Source of the DNA: an uncultured Bacteroidales bacterium
GTDB taxonomy: Bacteria; Bacteroidota; Bacteroidia; Bacteroidales; F082
DNA: 53,600 nt
NCBI GenBank assembly: GCA_947164955.1
Contig: CAMUYT010000001.1
Coordinates: 1-53,600, forward strand
Direction: 5' to 3'
Made by a program: the position numbers and the translations under genes. Under the pieces are notes generated by a model. That model did not search any database and was not told the origin of the DNA. It saw nothing but the letters and a program-made list of their open reading frames with translations. Positions 6,585-14,700 of this stretch are shown in pieces. How positions within the stretch are numbered: the stretch's first letter is position 1; each line of letters starts with the position of its first letter.

Positions 6585-8947
6585 GCGATGACGGCGTTGG
6601 CAATAAGGTAAGCAACGAAGGCGACAATCCAGGCGACGACGCACTGGAACAGGATGATGAACAGCATCCACTTGGTGCCTAGCTCGCGACGGATGGCGGC
6701 CACGGCTGCCACGCAAGGCGTGTAGAGCAGGCAGAACACCAACATGGAGACGCTGCTGGCTAAGGTGAACAACGGCATGGCGTTCAAGACTTCCAATGTG
6801 GCGATGACGCTCTCCTTGGCCATGAAACCGCTAATCAAAGCCGTGACGACCTGCCAACTACCCAGTCCGATGGGACGGAACACGGGAGCAATCCAGCCAG
6901 CCACGCTCGCCAACATGCTTCCTTCGCCATTCTCTACCATAGTGAAATGGAAATCAAAGGTTTGCAAGAACCAAATGACCAAAGTAGCGAGGAAGATGAC
7001 TGTGAAAGCGCGTTGCACGAAGTCTTTGGTCTTGTCCCAAAGCAGGTGGGCGACGTTCTTTGCGCTCGGCAGGCGGTAGTTGGGCAACTCCATGACGAAG
7101 GGGGCCACATCACCCTTGTCGCCGAACCATTTGGTGAACAACGCTGTGACGATGCCGACGAGGATGCCCAAAAGATAGAGGCAAATCAGCACCAAGCCGC
7201 CATGGCCAGGGAAGAAATAGCTCGTGAAGAAGCCGTAGATCGGGATTTTGGCCGAACAGCTCATGAAAGGCGTCAGCAGGATGGTGCGCCAGCGGTCGTG
7301 GGCGGAGTGGAGGGTGCGTGTGGCCATCACTGCGGGCACGGTGCAACCGAAGCCGATGAGCATGGGCACGATGCTGTGTCCGGTGAGACCGAGCTTGCGC
7401 AAGAAGCTGTCGCTGACGAAAGCTACGCGGGCCATATAGCCGCTGTCTTCGAGCAGGCTGAGGAAGAAGAACAGCAAGATGATGATAGGCACGAAACTCA
7501 ACACGCTGCCTACGCCGCCAAAGATGCCGTCGACGACGAGCGACTGCACGGCGGGACTGACGTTCCAGTTGGCCAAAGCGGTGCCTACCACGCCAGCGAG
7601 CCAGCTGATGCCTTGGTCGAGCCAGTCTTGCAGGGGCGCACCGAGGGCGTCGATGCTGAGCCAGATGATGCCCACCATGACGAGGATGAAGATGGGGATG
7701 GCGGTCCATTTGCCGGTCAGGATCTTGTCGATTTTGCGGCTGCGGCGGTATTCTTTGCTTTCCTTGGGCTTCACCACCGTCTTGTCGCACAGCTTCTTAA
7801 TGAAGGCAAAACGCATCTCAGCCATGGCCGCGGCGCGGTCGAGGCCGCGTTCCTCTTCCATCTGAACGATGAGGTGTTCCAAGGTCTCTTTCTCGTTTTG
7901 GGTGAGTTGCAAGGCCTCGAGCACGATGGGGTCGCCTTCCACAAGTTTGGAGGCAGCAAAGCGCACGGGGATGTCGGCACGCTGGGCATGGTCCTCGATG
8001 AGGTGCATGATGCTATGGAGGCAACGGTGCACGGCACCGCCGTGGTCGTCCTTGTCGCAAAAGTCCTGACGCGCAGGGGCTTCCTGGTATTTCGCCACAT
8101 GGATGGCGTGGTCGACCAACTCGTTGATGCCTTCGTTTTTGGAGGCAGAGATGGGGACCACGGGCAGACCAAGGATCTTCTCCATCTCGTTCATGAGGAT
8201 ACTGCCGCCGTTGTTGCGCACTTCGTCCATCATATTGAGTGCCAGCACCATGGGCTTGCCTAACTCCATCAGTTGCATGGTGAGGTAAAGGTTGCGCTCG
8301 ATGTTGTTGGCATCCACGATGTTGATGATGGCCTTGGGCTTCTGTTGCATGATGAACTCGCGTGAGACGACCTCCTCGGAGGTGTAGGGCGACAGCGAAT
8401 AGATGCCCGGCAGGTCGGTGACCGAGGTCTCGGGATGACCTTTGATGACGCCGTCCTTGCGGTCGACGGTGACACCAGGGAAGTTGCCCACATGTTGGTT
8501 GGCCCCCGTCAGTTGGTTGAAAAGCGTCGTCTTGCCGCAATTTTGTTGTCCGGCAAGGGCAAAGGTGAGCTTGGTGCCTTTGGGCAGTGGGTTTTCGTGG
8601 GTCTTGTCGTGGTAAATGCCTTCCTCGCCAAGGCCTGGGTGGGCGTTGTGGTCGTGCAAGGCAGTGATATAGAGTTGCTCATTGTCTTGATGGTCAGTGC
8701 CTTCAGCTTCATCGGATGGGTCGCAAGGCACCACACCGATGAGGGCGGCGTCGGCTTTGCGAAGCGTCAAGGCGTAGCCGTGCACCATGATTTCCATGGG
8801 GTCGCCAAGGGGCGCGTATTTCACGAGTTTGATGATAGCGTCAGGGATGAGTCCCATGTCGAGGAAGTGCTGGCGGCGTTGGCCTTCGCCTTCCACGGTT
8901 TTGATGCGGGCGGATTGACCGACTCCAAGTTTATCGAGGGTTGTCAT
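6581..8947 (-). CDS. feoB: Ferrous iron transporter FeoB with fused N-terminal FeoA domain
   Basis: The N-terminal FeoA-like segment is LGVGQSARIKTVEGEG...LGDPMEIMVHGYALTLRKADA. The G-domain has GQQNCGKTTLFNQLTG and DLPGIYSL. A polytopic membrane domain follows. Confidence 0.95.
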   Translation of the reverse strand: MTTLDKLGVGQSARIKTVEGEGQRRQHFLDMGLIPDAIIKLVKYAPLGDPMEIMVHGYALTLRKADAALIGVVPCDPSDEAEGTDHQDNEQLYITALHDHNAHPGLGEEGIYHDKTHENPLPKGTKLTFALAGQQNCGKTTLFNQLTGANQHVGNFPGVTVDRKDGVIKGHPETSVTDLPGIYSLSPYTSEEVVSREFIMQQKPKAIINIVDANNIERNLYLTMQLMELGKPMVLALNMMDEVRNNGGSILMNEMEKILGLPVVPISASKNEGINELVDHAIHVAKYQEAPARQDFCDKDDHGGAVHRCLHSIMHLIEDHAQRADIPVRFAASKLVEGDPIVLEALQLTQNEKETLEHLIVQMEEERGLDRAAAMAEMRFAFIKKLCDKTVVKPKESKEYRRSRKIDKILTGKWTAIPIFILVMVGIIWLSIDALGAPLQDWLDQGISWLAGVVGTALANWNVSPAVQSLVVDGIFGGVGSVLSFVPIIILLFFFLSLLEDSGYMARVAFVSDSFLRKLGLTGHSIVPMLIGFGCTVPAVMATRTLHSAHDRWRTILLTPFMSCSAKIPIYGFFTSYFFPGHGGLVLICLYLLGILVGIVTALFTKWFGDKGDVAPFVMELPNYRLPSAKNVAHLLWDKTKDFVQRAFTVIFLATLVIWFLQTFDFHFTMVENGEGSMLASVAGWIAPVFRPIGLGSWQVVTALISGFMAKESVIATLEVLNAMPLFTLASSVSMLVFCLLYTPCVAAVAAIRRELGTKWMLFIILFQCVVAWIVAFVAYLIANAVIA

Positions 8948-9033
8948 TTCGTTCTGATGTTTTCAACCTGCAAAAATACGGCTTTTAGTGCGTTGTTGGC
9001 TTCATTATTTATAAGGTTTATGCAAGGATTTTA

Positions 9034-9049
9034 TCATCATTTATGATGA
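9034..9049. promoter_or_regulatory. AT-rich inverted repeat TCATCAT-TT-ATGATGA (Fur-box-like) in the feoAB / kinase divergent intergenic region
   Basis: 7-bp arms read directly. It lies ~87 bp upstream of the feoAB ATG and ~35-50 bp upstream of the TATTTTTG box at 9084-9091. Confidence 0.3.
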
Positions 9050-9112
9050 GAAAAACGGAATAGCTCTATTTTTCAAAAAATTGTATTTTTGCACCGATAT
9101 TTCGATGCTGCT

Positions 9113-10954
9113 ATGATTCATGTTTTGCTCTTCGTGTTGTGTTTTGTGGGTCATGACAACCTGATTGATGACCACGCTGACCCCGATTCCGTCAAGGTGG
9201 AGCTCATCCGTTATCTGGAAGAGGACGACTTCGACAAGACGGTGGGGTATGCCAAGGCGGCCGTGGAGTACTACCGCAGCCGCAACGACCTCATGGACGT
9301 GGCAGGCTGCTACATGACCTTGGGCAACGCTTACCAACGTATGGGGCAATACGAGGAGGCCATCCGCAACTACAACCTTTGCAGCGAAACGATGGACCAA
9401 ATTGGTGGCCCGATGGCTAAGGTCAACAAACGGTATGTGCTCAACAACATGGCTGTGATGTACCTCGAAATGGGGGAATACGACCAGGCCGAGTCAATGT
9501 GGAACCGGTGTATCGCCTCGGTCAATGACGACGACCCAGGATTTTTGCTGCAATACAACCAAGACTCGCTGCGTTGCCTCGATTTGGCCACCTACTACCA
9601 AAACCTCGCCGAGGTGCGTTTGGCGCAAGCCGACAACGATGAGCCAAGGCAACAGGAAAAGATCGGCGAGGCCATCCGCTTTTTGGAGCAGTCGCTCGAC
9701 TATTCGGAACGCTATGGCGCCGAACCCAACAAGATTGTCGGTCGGTTGACGGGTTTGGCGAAGGCTTATTTCGAGGCAGGCCGCACCGACGACGCCAACC
9801 ATAACTTGGATGCCGCGTTGCAGCTGGCCACCACTCTTGACGACCCCTATATGCTCGCTGCCATCCACTTGCTGAAAGGCGATGTGAAGCTGAAACTTGG
9901 CCAGAACGAAAACGCAGAAAGAGCGTATCTTGACGCACTCTCTTTGGCCCAGGAGAACCATTTCGGCGAGTTCGAGATGGAGGCACTGAACGGTGCCTAC
10001 GAATGCACCAAAGACAGCCAACCCAAACGGGCTTTGGCCTACTTCACCCAAAACGTCGCCCTCAAAGACTCCATTTACAATAAAGAGCAACAAGCCCTCA
10101 TCCGCGACTTCGAGGTGCAATACAAGATGGAGGAGAAGGAGCATGAATTGACCTTGCAACGTGAGAAAAACCGCCAAGGCAAACGTTTGCTGGCGTTGTC
10201 GGCGACAGTGGCTCTCTTGCTGTTGGTGTTGTTGGGCGTCGTGCTGGTCGTTTTGCGTCAGCGCAAACGGCGCAACGCCCTGAAGGACCATTTGCTTTTT
10301 GTCGTTGTACACGATATCAAGACGCCGGTGCAGACGCAATCCCAGTTGCTTGAGATGACCCATGAACACATCGACGAGATGACCATGCCCGAAATGAAGG
10401 AGAACCTGCAAGCCCTGAAAGTTTCGGCCGACGACCTGAACGAGAAGCTGCAAAACATCATCTATTGGGTGAAATGCGAGATGGGCAAGGCCGAAAACCC
10501 GCCCAAACGCTTCGTGTTACGTGACTTGGCAGACGAGGTGGTTGGCGAAATGACTTCGCATATCCAGATGAAGTCGTTGACCGTTGTCAACACGATTCCG
10601 GCCGAATGGGCGTGCCTCGACGATGACAATATCGTGAGGATGGTGCTGCAAAATCTCTTGTCTAATGCGGTGAAATTCTCGTGGCCCAACGGCGAGGTCA
10701 AGATCAGTGCCAACGAAGCATCAGGGAGCTATTGGGTTGCAGTGAGCGACAAGGGTATGGGCATCCCGAAGGACAAGCTGCAACGATTGTTCAATGATGT
10801 GGTCACCAACAGCGACGGCACCATTGGGGAGATGGGTACGGGCATCGGCCTCTTCGTCACCAAGCAATTAATGGAACGCAATGGCGGCAAGGTAAAGTTG
10901 GAAAGCGAAGAGGGACGAGGCACCACAGTTAGTTTCACTGTCAAAAAAGCGTAA
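9113..10954 (+). CDS. TPR-repeat sensor histidine kinase
   Basis: N-terminal hydrophobic segment, TPR-like repeats (e.g. YMTLGNAYQRMGQYEEAIRNY), TM segment LLALSATVALLLLVLLGVVLVVL, H-box FVVVHDIKTP, and HATPase motif GTGIGLFVTKQLMERNGG. The ATG at 9113 is chosen because the track start (9089, TTG) overlaps the TATTTTTG -7 box at 9084-9091. Confidence 0.85.
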   Translation: MIHVLLFVLCFVGHDNLIDDHADPDSVKVELIRYLEEDDFDKTVGYAKAAVEYYRSRNDLMDVAGCYMTLGNAYQRMGQYEEAIRNYNLCSETMDQIGGPMAKVNKRYVLNNMAVMYLEMGEYDQAESMWNRCIASVNDDDPGFLLQYNQDSLRCLDLATYYQNLAEVRLAQADNDEPRQQEKIGEAIRFLEQSLDYSERYGAEPNKIVGRLTGLAKAYFEAGRTDDANHNLDAALQLATTLDDPYMLAAIHLLKGDVKLKLGQNENAERAYLDALSLAQENHFGEFEMEALNGAYECTKDSQPKRALAYFTQNVALKDSIYNKEQQALIRDFEVQYKMEEKEHELTLQREKNRQGKRLLALSATVALLLLVLLGVVLVVLRQRKRRNALKDHLLFVVVHDIKTPVQTQSQLLEMTHEHIDEMTMPEMKENLQALKVSADDLNEKLQNIIYWVKCEMGKAENPPKRFVLRDLADEVVGEMTSHIQMKSLTVVNTIPAEWACLDDDNIVRMVLQNLLSNAVKFSWPNGEVKISANEASGSYWVAVSDKGMGIPKDKLQRLFNDVVTNSDGTIGEMGTGIGLFVTKQLMERNGGKVKLESEEGRGTTVSFTVKKA

Positions 10955-10957
10955 AAA

Positions 10958-11569
10958 ATGGCTAACAAACGGAAAATCAATATTATGATAGTGGACGACC
11001 ACCCGATTTTTCGTGTTGGTTTGAAGATGACGTTGCGGTATTCAGGCATTGCCTTCCAAGTGGTGTCGGAGACAGAGAATGTGATGCAATCCACAGAATA
11101 CTTGAAAGCCAATGGCCACGAACTCGACCTGCTCCTGCTCGATTTTTTCCTTACCGATGGCACTGCCTTCGATGTGCTCGATGCGGTTGAATTGTACTGT
11201 CCCTCAGTAAAGGTGTTGTTGCTTTCGGGCGAGGTGTTGCCCCCTAAGGTGATGGCGCAAATACGTGACCGCATTGACGGCTTTATCGGCAAGAACGTGA
11301 AGCCTGATGAGATGAAGCAACGCATTGATATGCTTTTCGGGACGACTCTCGAGCCCGTCTCAGTCCCAGTTTCCGAAGAACTTTCTGATCGCGAGAAAGA
11401 GATTATCAAGCTGTGTGCCCAAGGCTTGACCGCAAAAGAGATAGGGGAGAAGCTGCACATCGGCAAACGCACCGTTGAGACCCACAAGGAACGCATCTTC
11501 CTCAAACTCGGACTGAAGTCCACGAAAGAATTGATCAACTATGCCGTCCGCCATGGGTTGACGGAGTGA
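10958..11569 (+). CDS. Response regulator, REC + LuxR/NarL-type HTH
   Basis: INIMIVDDHPIFRVGL...LLLDFFLTDG is the receiver domain. LSDREKEIIKLCAQGLTAKEIGEKLHIGKRTVETHKERIFLKLG is the LuxR HTH. Confidence 0.9.
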   Translation: MANKRKINIMIVDDHPIFRVGLKMTLRYSGIAFQVVSETENVMQSTEYLKANGHELDLLLLDFFLTDGTAFDVLDAVELYCPSVKVLLLSGEVLPPKVMAQIRDRIDGFIGKNVKPDEMKQRIDMLFGTTLEPVSVPVSEELSDREKEIIKLCAQGLTAKEIGEKLHIGKRTVETHKERIFLKLGLKSTKELINYAVRHGLTE

Positions 11570-11612
11570 GTGACATCCGAAAATCTTCATTTTTGATACA
11601 GAGACCATGCAA

Positions 11613-11632
11613 ATTCCGTATTAATACGGAAT
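11613..11632. promoter_or_regulatory. Perfect 20-bp palindrome ATTCCGTATTAATACGGAAT (candidate operator and/or terminator hairpin)
   Basis: Read directly. It sits 44 bp after the response regulator stop and 81 bp before the ATG of the 1822-aa gene. Confidence 0.45.
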
Positions 11633-11712
11633 GGTAGTTGGATTTTTGTTTTGATTTTTGCAAGTTGAAAAAATAGCATTGCATCAAAGCAACAATCAAA
11701 ACACATAATAAT

Positions 11713-14700
11713 ATGAAGAAAAAGTTTACGTTTCTGTTGGCAGCCTTGGTGCTGCTCGGCGGCTTGGTCGGTCCGATGGGGAAGGCCAAGGGACAGTCGA
11801 TTACATTTACGAACCTAACTAACCCGCAGCCTACTTTGAGTTTCAGCTATGGCGTTGGCAATGAGGCCCCTGAGGGACAATATGCCTATGTCAGTTGCGC
11901 CAACCTTGGTGAGGGCAACGACGTGACCGTCAGCTTGGGCCAAGGCAGTAACAGCCATTTCGAGCTGTGGTACTTGCAATCAAGCCAAAACTCATGGATC
12001 AACCTTACCCAATTCACGGCCACCAACACTGATCAGTATTGGTTCGGATTCGATTTCCTCGTTCGCCTGAAGCCAGGCTATGAGCAAGACAGCGAACACT
12101 CGGATGTCGTCACCCTTACGGCGACAGTGAATGGAAGCACCGTTTCGGCCTCCATCACGCTTACGGGAACGGTGACGGCAACAACCTACAACATCGAGTT
12201 TGACTATGGCCTCAATCCTCACGGTTGGGTGGCGGTTTACCCTTCACATGATGTCGTGGCAGGGGAAAACGTTTACATGGATGTGCATCCAACCTCTGGC
12301 TATCGCTTTCAATCCTTTACTTTCTATAGGAAAAGCAACCATGAGGTAGTGAATAGTGAAGATGTTTCTTTTTATGATTTAAGCGATTATCCGTATGCAG
12401 ATCACGAGTATACTTTCATGATGCCTGCCTACGATCTGCTGATTGAAGCATCGTTTGTGCCCAACAGCTCACTGCCTACACCTACCATCATGGTGGGAAC
12501 CACTCCGATGGCGTTCTACAACGGCTACGGCGACCCCGACCCCGAAGGAAATTTTTTATGGTTTGGCGTCCAAAATCCTGGCAACAATTCGGCCATTTGG
12601 GCTGAAGTGAACTCAACCGACTTCGAGCTTTGCCAAGTCACCGAACCGGATGCCATCACTTGGAACGGCCAATACGTTGGCGTTCAAAGCACCGACGCCA
12701 ATTATTTCGGATTCACTTTAGGCATACGCCTGAAGCCCGGCTTGGAACGTGGCACCTACAGCGGCGTCCTCACGTTAGGCGCCGACCGTGCCACAGAAGT
12801 TGTCATCAACCTTACGGGAACAGTGACCGACCCGACTTATCACATTGAAATCTTGGAAGCCACCCCAATTCCCACTGCTGGTTATGCCTCGTGTAATGAA
12901 GGCTATGACCACACCGCAGGCACCGAGGTCACTCTGGCGACGCAACTCAGCTCAGGCTATGTCGGCACTGGCGTTTGGACCGTGTTCAAGGAAGAAGATG
13001 GCGAATGGGTGGCCGACAACTCAGTGGAAATCATCGGCAATAGTTTCACCATGCCTGCCTACGACATCAAGATACAACCTCATTTCAGGTCGACGACCGC
13101 GCCTTGCATCGTGGTGGGTGATTATTACATTACCCTTTCCCAGTCGGTGGCTGAAGGTTTCCGCATGACGGGCGCGACGTGCTACAACTTCACCCCACAA
13201 GGCGGCATCACTGTCAAGCAATATACGGACGCAACTTGTCATGTAGAGCAAACTGATCGTTGGCTGACCATAACCACGGATTGGAATGGTACTGGATACT
13301 ATTTGTTAGTCCATTTTGAGACAATCAATACAAGTTCGGAGAATCGCACGACTTATGCGCGAATCGAAGGGGTAACAGCTGAAGGCGATAACGTTTATTC
13401 TGATCCTATCGAAATCACCCAGTTGGGCAGGACCTCTATCAGCTTTGGCGAAAACAACCAATTGAGTCTTGCCTGGGAGGGCCAAAGCGGCACCATCCCG
13501 TTGGTTTGCCACAACTTGTCGGGCGTCCACCATTGGAAGGTGAAAACCCCTGAAGGCGGTTGCGAGCTCAACTTCAGATGGCTTACGCTCGATTTCGTGG
13601 AAACTAACGATGGCTACGAGATCCATTACCACTGCCTAGGCAATTCTTTGGCCGTTGGGCGTACCGTATGCCTTTCCGTTTGGGCCTACGATGCCAACGG
13701 CAACGTCATGGGAGCATCCGAGAATTGGCTTGATGGCGACTACCTGACCATCCACCAAGACCCCGAAACGCTCATCTCCACCACGCGCGACGTGTATAGT
13801 TTCGACGAAACTGGCGCTACGCAAGTCTACACCTGCCCGCCCGAGGGAAGCAGCTTCACTGTAGTTTCAAACCAAACAGGGTCTTTCAACTATAATACAA
13901 TTTATTCTCCTAACTATCCTAATGAGGCCAATTACATTGAGCTTCAACTGAGAGGCTATGTCGACCACGCCATTAAGGGTATCAAGCTGGATATGATGCC
14001 GGGCGAAACTGCTTGGGGCATGGTGCAAGTTTATGTGGGAGATTTGAACGCAATTTACCATGATTTGGCCCACGTCAACAATGGTACCCTCAGATCGTGG
14101 CCCAACGTGACCTACAGCGACGAGTGTTATGTTGACCTCGATGTCGAGATGAACGGAGACGATGCCGATTATGTCATCGGATCGGGTGACACGCTGAAGA
14201 TTCGCATCACCTCGACGGGTGGAACGCTTTATTGCCAAGGCGTCACGGTTGATTATGTGGGAGCGCCGAGCTATGTGACTGAAAAATGGTATGAGACCGA
14301 CTTGGAGGACATCCTTCCTGGCGATGAGTTTGTCATTGCAGGATATTATGTTTTCCATTGGTATGGCATGGACAACACCAATGGCAAGGCTATTCCGTTA
14401 AATCTTACGTCTGATGAAAGCGAGTTGAGTAGCGTTGAGGGACAAACGGAAGTCACCAACAATGTGATTTGGACACTTGATCGCTACCAAGGCAAATACC
14501 TCTTCAAGCCTGTTGGCACTACGGGCCAATACTTGAAGTGCTCCACTTCGGGGGATGTGACCATTGGCACAGGCTCGGATAATCGTGGTTTCGAATGGTC
14601 GCCCCGCCCCATGTTCAACGACCACTATTACCTCTACTGCAACGGCTACTATTTGGTCATTGACGAAAACGGCGATTATTACAATCACTATTGGAAAGGC

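Noticed and set aside
6947-8263. 438-aa plus-strand ORF; also 7110..7790, 8013..8540 and 8435..9046
   Set aside because: They are antisense or out of frame to feoB, whose identity is unambiguous. The sequences are E/D/H/A-rich junk.
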